Shown here: positions 1 through 10,038 of the stretch, one piece after another
How the letters are laid out: every line of letters begins with the position of its first letter
How positions within the stretch are numbered: position 1 is the first letter of the stretch
Virus record (IMG/VR): IMGVR_UViG_3300017971_000185
Span: 124,001-188,000 of that record
Direction: 5' to 3' (one strand)
DNA length: 64,000 nt
The notes under the pieces: generated by a model
Told to the model about the DNA's origin: nothing
What the model saw: only the letters and a program-made list of their open reading frames with translations
The model's database searches: none
Translations under genes and position numbers: made by a program

Positions 1-1
1 C

Positions 2-2569
2 TTGGCCGATCCCGCAATCAACGCCGAGACGGCGCGTAGGGTCCAGGTCCAGTATCGCATTCGCGTAACGGGCATTCCCGAAGGCATCAACTACAAACTC
101 CAGCCAGACGGCTTCAGCAACCCAGCCATCATGGCACAGGGAGCGCAGACGGCTCCGGTAGCTTTGTATCCGTTTGTTCCTGCCGATCTGACGACGGTCA
201 TCAACAACTCAGACGCGCGAGACGAGGTTGGAGGTCCGGGGATTGGCTACGGCATTCGGGACAACGGTCTCTACATCGCAGGCAACGGAACCTCGGCATC
301 GTCGGTTGCTCTCGGGACGGTGGATGGCTACTGCTATGCGATTCCAATCGGTTTTGTCTTTCGCCGGAACGATGCATACAACGGCGGTCTGGGCGGTGGC
401 TGGACACCAGCTACGAACACCAACGGGGCATTGACGCACGACCATGCCTTGTTCACGAATCCGAATCTCTACGATCCAGTAGACGTAGCCGAGTCTGATC
501 GCCCGGACAAGTACTTCGCGGACGCCATTGTCGAGACGGACTTGCTCGACCTTCGCCGCCACGTCAATCTCATGGGTGTTGATCTCGCGGCAGAGCTACA
601 GTTTCAGATGAAGGCTCTGCTGGACGGAAACTTCCGCACGTGGGCGATCGATACGGCTGACAAGCAAGTGATGGGAGCCGGGACGGGGGACGTTTCGACA
701 CAATTCCTCGTTTGTGACCAGATCGGCCGCACGGAGACCAATCCTCCGGGGCTCAACGGAACGCCGCCTCTGTCTGGCGACACCACAAACGGTGAGACGA
801 TCCGAAACTTCGATCATGTCTGTCGGAGGTTTGGCGATCAGTCCGTGGTCGAGCACTTCGTGCTGGAATTGTCTCCCACGGACGACATTGGCTCGAATGC
901 AGGCAAGTACGTCGCACGAGCCGCGTATGCTGGCGCGTATCTCGGGTGGGCCGAAGAGGACACTATCCATATCGACTTGGCTGCTCTCAACGGATCGACG
1001 CTGGGCAACTTCAATCCAGCAGACGCGACGTTGCCCACGGGAGACATCTTCGACTTCATGCCCGCAGGGACGCAGATCACGGACATCCTGTCCGTTTTCC
1101 ACGATGACGGAAACTTCGATGTGGTCGTGGCTCAGGAGGCCCAGGTATCGGTGATCACCGGGCTGGGAACGGAGCATGTGACGGTCCAGATCGATGCGAA
1201 CACCACTCAGGTCAATGGCGGCTTGCCTGGAGCTACGCATGACATGGTGGGAACCCAAGCATCGGGCGACGTTGGATCTCAGCGCCGCATCTTCGTGGAG
1301 TTGGAGATCACGTATCCGCCCGGTGGCGGCTCGACCTGCACGCCAGACGTGGAGTTGACGGACCAAGACACCGATCCGTTCCCGTTTGGGCCGTATGTCG
1401 AAAACGACATTACGTTGACGCAGCGCCCGAGGGACATGGAAAACCCCATCGCTCCAGCGTTCCGCTCGGGGTTCCGTGAGATCAACCTGGAGTACATTGC
1501 CAACGATCCCTCTGGCGGTGGTGGGAATGCTGGGGCTCCCATCGGCTCGATCACGCCCGAATTGCTCGTGAGCCGAGACAATCTCACCTTCGTGCTTCCA
1601 CGTCGAGCCTGGGGATCGTTTGTCACGTCCATGAGCCTGACGGACCAGAACGACTTGGGCGGCCGAGTGATCGATGACGGGAACACCGACTACGGTAGCT
1701 CGTCTCGCTTCGTGCAGCTTGCCAATACGGGAATCATCCCTGCGGTTCCGCTCTCGGGAGCCGGGCAGACGTTGGTAGCCGTGGCCTGGTTTGGGCAAGA
1801 TGCGATTCCGCAGGCCGGACCGGCGGGTGCGGGCTATCAGGTCGGTGTGTACTATCGCTCCAATGCGCCGCAGACGGCGGGAGTGAAAGAAGGCACGATT
1901 CACACGACGATCACCAGTTTCCCATGGACCGGAGCGGGTGGTCCGATGCCCGCGGAAGTCGTTGTCGAGCCTCTGGCGATCTCTCCCGAGCTTTGGACAG
2001 GGACCGTGGGAATGGGAGGAGTCCAGCTACCGTATCCGTATGTAGCTCCGCTCGATCAGATTCCGGTCAACGACGGAAGCTCTAGCTCGCAACCGCCTCC
2101 TCCGGGCGATGAGTTTCCGGGCGAGTGGTACTTTGTGGCGACGGCAAACATCAGCATTGATGACTTCGATGCGGACACCGGGCTTCTGTCGCTGCATCCG
2201 ATGGTTCCGGCGGATGGAACGCAAGCCTACACGGTAGGCGGCGTTGGAGCGGATCAGCTTCCGGTCAAGGACATCGAATTCCGGTCCTGCTACCCGATCA
2301 TCAACCCAGACACCTACCGCCCTTCGGCGTTCTCACAGCCTTTGAGCGGTGTGAATCGGCACAAGGTGTTTTTACCGCTCCTGGCGAGGTCCACACAAGA
2401 CACGATGTTGTTCCGCAAGGATGAGATGCTGTTGGTTGTGATCACTCGTTGGGCAGAGCTAGATGAAGACAACACGATCAAGTTTCTCGACGTTACGAAC
2501 GACAACCGCTCCTGCGCCGGTATCTACCGAACCAAAGGTCTCTTGCTGACGGTTGGAAATGGAGAGTAG
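2..2569 (+). CDS. Large virion structural protein (tail/baseplate-like), 5'-partial
   Basis: 855+ aa ORF open at the window edge, G/P/T/D-rich. Shares motifs RVQ.QYRIRV, GT.DGY.YAIPI..FRRN and YxDxIxExDxLDxRRxV with 10039..15657. Confidence 0.7.
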   Translation: MADPAINAETARRVQVQYRIRVTGIPEGINYKLQPDGFSNPAIMAQGAQTAPVALYPFVPADLTTVINNSDARDEVGGPGIGYGIRDNGLYIAGNGTSASSVALGTVDGYCYAIPIGFVFRRNDAYNGGLGGGWTPATNTNGALTHDHALFTNPNLYDPVDVAESDRPDKYFADAIVETDLLDLRRHVNLMGVDLAAELQFQMKALLDGNFRTWAIDTADKQVMGAGTGDVSTQFLVCDQIGRTETNPPGLNGTPPLSGDTTNGETIRNFDHVCRRFGDQSVVEHFVLELSPTDDIGSNAGKYVARAAYAGAYLGWAEEDTIHIDLAALNGSTLGNFNPADATLPTGDIFDFMPAGTQITDILSVFHDDGNFDVVVAQEAQVSVITGLGTEHVTVQIDANTTQVNGGLPGATHDMVGTQASGDVGSQRRIFVELEITYPPGGGSTCTPDVELTDQDTDPFPFGPYVENDITLTQRPRDMENPIAPAFRSGFREINLEYIANDPSGGGGNAGAPIGSITPELLVSRDNLTFVLPRRAWGSFVTSMSLTDQNDLGGRVIDDGNTDYGSSSRFVQLANTGIIPAVPLSGAGQTLVAVAWFGQDAIPQAGPAGAGYQVGVYYRSNAPQTAGVKEGTIHTTITSFPWTGAGGPMPAEVVVEPLAISPELWTGTVGMGGVQLPYPYVAPLDQIPVNDGSSSSQPPPPGDEFPGEWYFVATANISIDDFDADTGLLSLHPMVPADGTQAYTVGGVGADQLPVKDIEFRSCYPIINPDTYRPSAFSQPLSGVNRHKVFLPLLARSTQDTMLFRKDEMLLVVITRWAELDEDNTIKFLDVTNDNRSCAGIYRTKGLLLTVGNGE

Positions 2570-2571
2570 CC

Positions 2572-5500
2572 ATGCCTCGCAGCGGAGATCCCAACGACAT
2601 CAAGACGGGCACTGGTAAGGCCAACCAGAACAGTGTCGATGCAAATTCGTTTACCAACGATCTCGCCACGGGCGCTGGAGGCTTGCCTGGGCTCCGAGCC
2701 CACGTTAACGATCCGCAGGCTGCCCATCCCGCGTCAGCGATCTCGACAACGACTACGGACGGTTTCTACGACAACGATGACGTGCAGGGTGATCTGGACG
2801 AGATCGCTGCTCTGATTCCTCCGCGTCCAGGCACGGTTGGCAACTGGCAGACCAATCTTGAGACGGTCTCGATCATCTCCGGTGTGCCCGATTGGGGCGT
2901 GCTCAAACTCAACGATGCGGGTCACATCGCGCGAGGAACCGTCACGCCGCCAGATCCGAATGACCCCAACGACGATCTGGCGGTCTACCCCTACTACAAC
3001 TACATCCCCGAGGTCGCTTCCGATAATCCTCCATTCGATCCGGGTGGGAACGATCCAGAGACAGACCCCACGTTCAACATCGATCCGGCCGGAACGCCAG
3101 ATCCCACCTACACTGGTGGAGGCGTGGGTTGGTGCCATCAGGGTGGTTTCACACGACCGCAAATGGGCGGTAGTCCGATCATCGAGACTACACGGATCTT
3201 CCCCACTGCGGGTGGTGCTTTCCAGCCGGTGGTCGTTTCGGGAATGCTCTATCCTGCCGATCGGGGTGTTCTGGCTCTGTTGCATTGGCCCGCTGGGGGC
3301 TCGATCGGTGACTTCCTGGCGCAACCTCTGACCAATCGCGTTGTCGCAGCCGTTCTGTGCGGACAAGGCATCTTGGACGATTGCGATGGAGCGCCCGGAG
3401 GGATCTTCACAGAGGGCGATCCCAACATCTTCGCCTATCCGGGCCGCGCGGCGGGTCAGTATCAGCTTCGTGAGCTACACACGGGCTTGGTGCAAGGCTC
3501 TGGGGCTCCTTTGCCCGCTCCCTACAACGTGCCCGACCCCGGAGCCGGACAGGTTCGCTTGGGCACAGATCCCAACGCGGGTGTCCCGGTGGTGGTCGGT
3601 GGAATCCCCATCTTGGGAGGCACGACTGCGGCGACCGGCGGAGGCAACGACAACAACTTCTTCCGCTACAGGCTTCCGTATCTGAGTGACTACAGCGATA
3701 CGGCTGATGGCTTTGGTGGCGTCACCGGGCTTCCCTACACGCCCGCGACTGAGAAGTTTCGCTACTTCGACAAGCCAGACGTGTCAGCCGACTTCGCGAC
3801 GCTCTTGATACAAGCGGGAGACTACGCGGACTTGCCAGACGACTATTGGCAATTCCAGCTTGCTCGCTATCGCCACCGGTTCACGTTCCAGCACAACGTC
3901 TGGCCCGCGCCGACCGATCACGGATCCTGGTTGCTCGTTCATTTCCAGAAGGAGGGGGACTTTGAGAAGTGGGCACGAGACGGCATCTTGCCGGACGATG
4001 TGACGGACGGATACGAGATCTATAGCTCCAGCTTGCTCGACTACTCGTCTCCCGAGAGCACAGACAATCTGGCTGAGCCCGCTCCTCCGTTTGACGTGTC
4101 GCCGGGATACCACGTGGTGCGTGGTGCCATCTACGAAGATCCAGACGACTTCACGACGTTCACCATCGATGCCATTGGTTACGACGTGTTCGTGACTGTG
4201 GACGAAGTGATGGCGGTTTCGGGGATCAAGTATTGGGTTCCTGGGACGGTGGGTTCCAAGTGGACGATTCCCAACATGAATCTCACGCTCAGCGATGTGT
4301 GGGAGAACAGCTACAGATTAGGGAATAATCCAATAACATCCGTTGAGGTCTCTTGGGGGATATGGCATCAAGATCCTCTGTTCGTGTTTCAGGGTATCTT
4401 CGGTGCCGAGCCCGGTAGCACGAACGCACCGAGTGCCACGGCTACTTTTGCTGGCACGGTGAGTGGTGGTCCGGGTGGTGAGCGTATCGAATTCCGCTAC
4501 GATCAGCTAGATAGCGCAAGCGGTCACGGTCCTTGGAGCGTTCTTAATGGTCCTCTTCCGGCGGATACGGCCGACCTTCTCTTGGTTCCGGCTGATCCAA
4601 TGACGTTCAACGGGGACCAGAATCTTCCGCACTTCTCGACGGATGCTCGCATTCGAGCTTTCTTCCGAAAGCCTCTTGGGCATCAGCTTCCTGCGGACAC
4701 GGTTCTTGAGGCTCTGTTCCCCCGTCCTGGCGGCACTCTCTTTCTGTTCCACAGCACGAGCCAGAACCCAACCGATGACATCGGCGTGTATGGCAACTTC
4801 CAAACAGGCGGCTCAGGTAGTCCCGCACGCGCGAGCCTGGAGACTTCTCTCAAGGACACCGAAGAGAGGTTCTTGGATGAGGTCTATCGCTACGCAATTA
4901 ACACATTTGATGCCGGAGCCTTTGACCCGACTTGGGATGGGTCGAAGGGTAACTTGGCTGGGCCTGGATTACCGTTTGGTCCGAGCGGTTTCATCGATGT
5001 TCCTGTTCGTGTAGGAGCAAACGGTACTGCCACGATACTTTCGTTCATTCAGCAAGACCACTACACGAAAGATTTGGCTACAGCGCCGACCGTTGCATCA
5101 GAAGCTCAAGTAGCAGGGTTGCCCGATCGCAACCCGCCAATCTCGGATGGGGTGATAGCGCCGCTACCTTCCCGTGGGATTGTCCTTTACCCGCATATTG
5201 ACTACACGGTTGGCTATCGTCCCGCCAGTCCGGGCGATGTCACGCCAACGCAGTTTGACTACAGCGGAGTCGCTGACGCACAGCGAGAGTACCTACGTGC
5301 TTTCGATCTCGGTTTCTCCAGGGACGCGAGCCCGATCGTAGGGCAGGTTGCTGGGCAATCGTTTTTCCGTGTTCGCGTTCACGGGTTGAATCTTTCCGAC
5401 TACGAGTATGCTGCGCCGGGGCCCGGATCGGTTTTCATGGCCATCATGGTCAAGGTGCCAGGGCTCACGACTTGGATGGACCTTGGGCGGCGGGATGGTT

Positions 5501-5793
5501 TTGGGCCGTCGAAGCAAGATCCCTTACTCGACGGAGCTGGATGCAAGGTCATCGGAACGCAAACGGTCGATAGCCGCGACGCACAGTACGGACACCGGAT
5601 AAGCGATGTGCTCGTCAACGTAGGGCCCGCGATCAACTTGGCCGTGAACAGCGATGGTGAGGTCCCCATTCTCGTTCGTGTCATCATCAAACAGGCTGCG
5701 GCAACCGTTTTGGATTGGGTGTCGGGCGGTCCAGATGACAGCACGGCTAACATGGTGGGTCTGGTAGGCATCGAGATTCTCCGGCCGGAGTAG
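2572..5793 (+). CDS. Large virion structural protein
   Basis: 1073 aa, G/P/D-rich. N-terminal AHVNDPQAAHPASAIS segment is of a type seen in phage tail/baseplate proteins. Tightly packed in the structural operon. Confidence 0.65.
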   Translation: MPRSGDPNDIKTGTGKANQNSVDANSFTNDLATGAGGLPGLRAHVNDPQAAHPASAISTTTTDGFYDNDDVQGDLDEIAALIPPRPGTVGNWQTNLETVSIISGVPDWGVLKLNDAGHIARGTVTPPDPNDPNDDLAVYPYYNYIPEVASDNPPFDPGGNDPETDPTFNIDPAGTPDPTYTGGGVGWCHQGGFTRPQMGGSPIIETTRIFPTAGGAFQPVVVSGMLYPADRGVLALLHWPAGGSIGDFLAQPLTNRVVAAVLCGQGILDDCDGAPGGIFTEGDPNIFAYPGRAAGQYQLRELHTGLVQGSGAPLPAPYNVPDPGAGQVRLGTDPNAGVPVVVGGIPILGGTTAATGGGNDNNFFRYRLPYLSDYSDTADGFGGVTGLPYTPATEKFRYFDKPDVSADFATLLIQAGDYADLPDDYWQFQLARYRHRFTFQHNVWPAPTDHGSWLLVHFQKEGDFEKWARDGILPDDVTDGYEIYSSSLLDYSSPESTDNLAEPAPPFDVSPGYHVVRGAIYEDPDDFTTFTIDAIGYDVFVTVDEVMAVSGIKYWVPGTVGSKWTIPNMNLTLSDVWENSYRLGNNPITSVEVSWGIWHQDPLFVFQGIFGAEPGSTNAPSATATFAGTVSGGPGGERIEFRYDQLDSASGHGPWSVLNGPLPADTADLLLVPADPMTFNGDQNLPHFSTDARIRAFFRKPLGHQLPADTVLEALFPRPGGTLFLFHSTSQNPTDDIGVYGNFQTGGSGSPARASLETSLKDTEERFLDEVYRYAINTFDAGAFDPTWDGSKGNLAGPGLPFGPSGFIDVPVRVGANGTATILSFIQQDHYTKDLATAPTVASEAQVAGLPDRNPPISDGVIAPLPSRGIVLYPHIDYTVGYRPASPGDVTPTQFDYSGVADAQREYLRAFDLGFSRDASPIVGQVAGQSFFRVRVHGLNLSDYEYAAPGPGSVFMAIMVKVPGLTTWMDLGRRDGFGPSKQDPLLDGAGCKVIGTQTVDSRDAQYGHRISDVLVNVGPAINLAVNSDGEVPILVRVIIKQAAATVLDWVSGGPDDSTANMVGLVGIEILRPE

Positions 5794-5797
5794 AGAC

Positions 5798-8700
5798 ATG
5801 GTTGACTTCACCGATCTCGATGAAGAGAAACTCGAAGAGCTACGCAAGGCGCTGGCGAAAGCTGCGGCCACGACTACTTCACGTCAGCCTTGGCAGGAGC
5901 ACTTTGAGCGCGAAACCTCCAGTACGGCGGCTAGATCGGTACTTGCGGCCGACATTATCCGTGGGTTTTCGGGTTCGTGGGCGGCTTCGTACAACTACGG
6001 ATACGGTGCTGGGATCACGGCGAATGCGACCAACGAGGCCAGGGCTGACACGAGTGAGGTTCCGATTCCGATCCGTGCCAAGACGACCAAACTCGGTCGT
6101 CGGGGCGTGCCAGACATTGACTTTGTGCCCTTCAATTGGCGAACCAATCGGTTTGGGTACAAAGGTCCGGCTCTAGTCGGTCATCCGATCAGCTACGAAG
6201 TTGTAGGCCCTACGCTCAAATCGCCTTTCTGTGACTGGACCTGGCAAGTCAATCTCGCTACGGGTCCGAATGGTGGCGATGAGCTTACGATGTTCACGCG
6301 ACCGGATGGAAACCCCGCAGTCGCCTCTACGTTGGCGGACGGCTACGGTGCAGACATTCCAGTGTTCACGATCGGAGATTCGGCTGAGCCGAACGGTGGC
6401 TTGTATGTCATTATCACAGATGACGGAGCCAATGCAGGCTCGATTCCAGCCGGCGAAACCGCAATGGGAGCGCGGCCGGAGTTTATCGACACGGCACGCT
6501 ACGAGATCTTCCGTGTTGCCAGCGCGACAACAGACACGCTTGAGCTACATCCGAACAAGTCGCTCGCGCCCTACTTCGATCTGACGGGCCCATTTCCGCG
6601 AACGATTCGTGCGATCACGGTCATCAAGCCCTACGTGACACGGCTTGCAGCCATTCCCGACTCGGGTCCTGGGCCAGGGCAAGAACGTGTGTTTGCTGTA
6701 GTGTCGCCCGAGGTCTCAGCATCGTCCGATCTGTACCCTCCGTACGATGGGGGCTCTGGAGCATGGCGGCAGGGAGGTTTTGACGCCAACCCAGGCGAGA
6801 CGCCTTCGGGTGTTCTAGGGAGCGCGGATAGGTATCTGGGTCGGATGACGATGCCGATTCCGATTCCCTTGCGCAAGGGACTGGCTCAAGTAGACACCAC
6901 GGCTGCGGCGACGCCCACGAATGAGATTGGTCTGACGTTCATCTCCGACCATCCTTCGACGCCGATTGCATCGAGCGGCGCGGATGTTGGCCGCATTCTT
7001 CGGGTCTACGACATCCAGTCTGAGGATGACACGGATCTGACGTTTGGTACTCCGGCCGCGACGCTTGGATGGTTCCCTTGCTACGACGTGGAGGTAGGGC
7101 CTCCGACTGGTTTCGTGTTGGGTCGTACCGCAGAGGTTGCGCCCGAGACAGGCCACACGTACTTCGGCCCTGGGCCGTTCTTGCAGGATGCCGTAGGCCC
7201 CAAGCATGACTTGGTGTACACGGTTCACGATCCGGTTTCCGATCTCTGGCAAGGGCCGTTCAATGTTGACAAGGTGGAAGCCTGTCGGCTCCAGAACCTC
7301 ATCGATCCCCACGAAGTTGCTCGTTTCGAGAAGCAGATTTCTCAGGGCGTAGCGGGTACATCACAACCTGGCGGGTCGAGTTTCTCTGGGCCGGACAAGG
7401 CGATCTGGGACACGTCCAAACGGGTCGTTCCCGCAGCGCTTGATGAAGCCCCGAATCCGGGCAGCTTGCTCGATCTGGGCTTCCGCATGGTCTTGTATCC
7501 GGCGAAGAATGACGGCTCGGACAATCCGATTCCCGACTTTGACAAACCTATCGAGACGCGCGGCAATCTCGTGATCAGTCCTGCGGTCACCGAGGACCAG
7601 TACCTTGAAGTTGACTATTCTGCGGGTCTCGTTCGGCTGAGCCATGAGCCGCCTGTTGTTTCCAATGGTGGCGTGGGCGACATCATTCCCAACGGGATCA
7701 TCGGAGGAGCCGGGACGACAAATCCTCGGCTGGAGGTTGTTCTGTTTGCTGCTTGCGTGCCCTTCTCGATGGAAGAAAGCCAGCTTGGTACGGGTGCGCG
7801 AGTAGTTGGTCGCCCTGGAACAGACGACATCGATCTCTACAGCGGTCGTGTCCGCGCGGGCATCGATCTCGCCAACACGAACGCCGCTGGTACGCCTACG
7901 CCTCCATACGTTGGGGCGAGTGGTGTTGCTCCGAACCCTGTAGAGATCGTGCTCGATCAGATCTGGACCGGACCGAGCACTGGCGTCTTTGAGATCCTCG
8001 ATGACACCGACACCGGAGCTAGCTTCGGTCTCTGGGGTTACTCGGAGACGCGCGATGTTTCGGTTCTGGGTCGGCAAGTGACGGCTCTTGGGGGAATCAC
8101 GAGCCTTCCAACTACGATCAGCGATCCTGGTCTCGGAGGCTCGACTCCGCGAGTGGTTGTGCTTCGGCGTGAAGTGTTCTTCGCGGAGAAGTCAGGCTCA
8201 AAAGACTTTGGCGTTGACAACGCGACCAACGACACTGCTTACGGGTCAGCGGCTCGTGCCAAGACGGTTCGTTTCGACAACGCCACGCTGCTTCCCGAGC
8301 TAGATGGTTCTGTCACCGTGCGGCAGAATCAGGCTCCGCGGTTTGCCGACTGGATTGGTCTACTGACCGCATCGACCATCGTTGATATTGTGGGGCCGCC
8401 AGCGACGTATAAGTTGTCTCAGAATGGCGTGTTTGAGGACACCATCTACGAGGATACGGGTAATCCGACCGGCGGCCCTTCACAAGCTATCCTCTGGCCT
8501 ACCCTAGGACATCAAGAAGGACCTATTCTAGTTTTCCCTGCGACCAACCCGGCAGGTGATTATAGCGGTTTTCTGACCAAAGCGAGCCGTATCCGCTTGG
8601 ATCAGGTTTGTCGTTTGGTGTTCAAATTTGGTCTTGTACATGAAGTGGTAGCTGGTGAGATGGTTGCCTATATTGGATTGGGGGAGGGAGAGCTTTTCAA

Positions 8701-9148
8701 CACTGTTGGAATCACTCCCGCATTGGTGAATATCCTGACGCCAGGTTTTCCTCCTCCTGTTCCTGGTAACTATGTTGGAATCCGTGTTGATGGTAATGTC
8801 GGGCCGCCAGCTCCAGCCCAATTCCGATGGATTACTGGTCGTTTGGCACCCTCGTCATGGCAAGCTGTGGATACGGGAATTATTCCAGAAGACAATGGCG
8901 ATGTCTTCTATCTGGTCATCGAAACATCACGGACAGGTCTGGTTGTCAAGATGGCATTGTTCAATGCAGACATGGATCGTTTAAGTGATATTTCGTTTCC
9001 AGCTTCCAATCCTGGGATCCCTCTCTTGACTGCGCCCATGGAAGTTGTGGCTGGTGTGTACAACACAATTGGAGGCGGGATGCACGGAGTTGCGCCTTGG
9101 TGGATCTCGTATCTGAACCGGATTGACCTTCCGTACCCCGTTTTCTAG
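5798..9148 (+). CDS. Large virion structural protein; possible receptor-binding protein with a swapped C-terminal module
   Basis: 1116 aa, beta-rich composition. Codon usage shifts toward T/A endings after about 8330. Confidence 0.6.
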   Translation: MVDFTDLDEEKLEELRKALAKAAATTTSRQPWQEHFERETSSTAARSVLAADIIRGFSGSWAASYNYGYGAGITANATNEARADTSEVPIPIRAKTTKLGRRGVPDIDFVPFNWRTNRFGYKGPALVGHPISYEVVGPTLKSPFCDWTWQVNLATGPNGGDELTMFTRPDGNPAVASTLADGYGADIPVFTIGDSAEPNGGLYVIITDDGANAGSIPAGETAMGARPEFIDTARYEIFRVASATTDTLELHPNKSLAPYFDLTGPFPRTIRAITVIKPYVTRLAAIPDSGPGPGQERVFAVVSPEVSASSDLYPPYDGGSGAWRQGGFDANPGETPSGVLGSADRYLGRMTMPIPIPLRKGLAQVDTTAAATPTNEIGLTFISDHPSTPIASSGADVGRILRVYDIQSEDDTDLTFGTPAATLGWFPCYDVEVGPPTGFVLGRTAEVAPETGHTYFGPGPFLQDAVGPKHDLVYTVHDPVSDLWQGPFNVDKVEACRLQNLIDPHEVARFEKQISQGVAGTSQPGGSSFSGPDKAIWDTSKRVVPAALDEAPNPGSLLDLGFRMVLYPAKNDGSDNPIPDFDKPIETRGNLVISPAVTEDQYLEVDYSAGLVRLSHEPPVVSNGGVGDIIPNGIIGGAGTTNPRLEVVLFAACVPFSMEESQLGTGARVVGRPGTDDIDLYSGRVRAGIDLANTNAAGTPTPPYVGASGVAPNPVEIVLDQIWTGPSTGVFEILDDTDTGASFGLWGYSETRDVSVLGRQVTALGGITSLPTTISDPGLGGSTPRVVVLRREVFFAEKSGSKDFGVDNATNDTAYGSAARAKTVRFDNATLLPELDGSVTVRQNQAPRFADWIGLLTASTIVDIVGPPATYKLSQNGVFEDTIYEDTGNPTGGPSQAILWPTLGHQEGPILVFPATNPAGDYSGFLTKASRIRLDQVCRLVFKFGLVHEVVAGEMVAYIGLGEGELFNTVGITPALVNILTPGFPPPVPGNYVGIRVDGNVGPPAPAQFRWITGRLAPSSWQAVDTGIIPEDNGDVFYLVIETSRTGLVVKMALFNADMDRLSDISFPASNPGIPLLTAPMEVVAGVYNTIGGGMHGVAPWWISYLNRIDLPYPVF

Positions 9149-9170
9149 GCTCCCAGGGCCCATTTTCCAT

Positions 9171-9177
9171 CCTATAG
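9171..9177 (+). promoter_or_regulatory. CCTATAG intergenic motif (candidate late promoter); related copies at 25913, 50400, 53588, 54861, 58257
   Basis: Recurs in short intergenic gaps, 26-57 nt upstream of a start codon in five of six cases. The motif is short, so it also occurs by chance. Confidence 0.35.
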
Positions 9178-9227
9178 GAGCGCACTTGTAGGACAGCTTG
9201 CGCTCTGGCGCAGGTATCGTGATTTCG

Positions 9228-10019
9228 ATGCGCATCCTAGTCGATCGGGCAACAAACGAGATCCTTCAAGTCGAGAAGGTTCCTTCCGAGGGCGAGACGG
9301 TTCCGCTCAATGGGAAGTACATTCTTCCGACGCCCGAGGGAGTCACGGTTCACGTCGATTCGGATTCGTTCGTTTTGCCTTCCTCCGATCCTGGGTCGGT
9401 TGTTGCGCAAGCCTACGCAGGACTACTTGCTCAATTTCCGCAGTACGAGAACGTCTTGTATAATCCTCTCTTGCTGGATACGGATGTTGACGATCTGGAT
9501 CTGACCGGGTTGTTCATCGATCCAGACACGAGCGACGAATTCACGACGCGCGCACAGATGGGCCGTGGAACGGGAGGCCCTTGGACTTCTGGGCAAGCGC
9601 CGATCAATACGGCGATGCTGGAAGCCAACGGGGTCACGTCTCCAACGCGGCCGGGGCTCTTGATCACGGACACCATCGACATCAGCCCCTTCACTCTGGA
9701 CCCTTTCGGGATTCCGGTAGGCACCGATGAGTTTGTCGTCTACTGGTACATCTACGAATGTGAAACCACTGAAGACATTCACTCCGACTTTGGCGCACAA
9801 GCAGGAGTGAACAATCCGGCGTTTCGCAACGTGATCGAGACGGACCAGGAGCCGGCCGATCTCCAGGTCTACATCAGCATCAACGACGGCACGACTTGGG
9901 TCGAAGTCCAGCGGCTTCTTCCCGTGGCGTTCTGCAACAAAGGGAAACTGATACGTCTCGCGTTTCGCAACAACGGCACCACGAAGGTCTATCTAGCTGC
10001 GTATGCCATCCTTTTCTGA
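9228..10019 (+). CDS. Virion structural protein (hypothetical)
   Basis: ATG at 9228 (MRILVDR) preferred over TTG 9198; lies inside the structural module. Confidence 0.6.
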   Translation: MRILVDRATNEILQVEKVPSEGETVPLNGKYILPTPEGVTVHVDSDSFVLPSSDPGSVVAQAYAGLLAQFPQYENVLYNPLLLDTDVDDLDLTGLFIDPDTSDEFTTRAQMGRGTGGPWTSGQAPINTAMLEANGVTSPTRPGLLITDTIDISPFTLDPFGIPVGTDEFVVYWYIYECETTEDIHSDFGAQAGVNNPAFRNVIETDQEPADLQVYISINDGTTWVEVQRLLPVAFCNKGKLIRLAFRNNGTTKVYLAAYAILF

Positions 10020-10038
10020 TGGGCCGCGGAGTTGAGCC

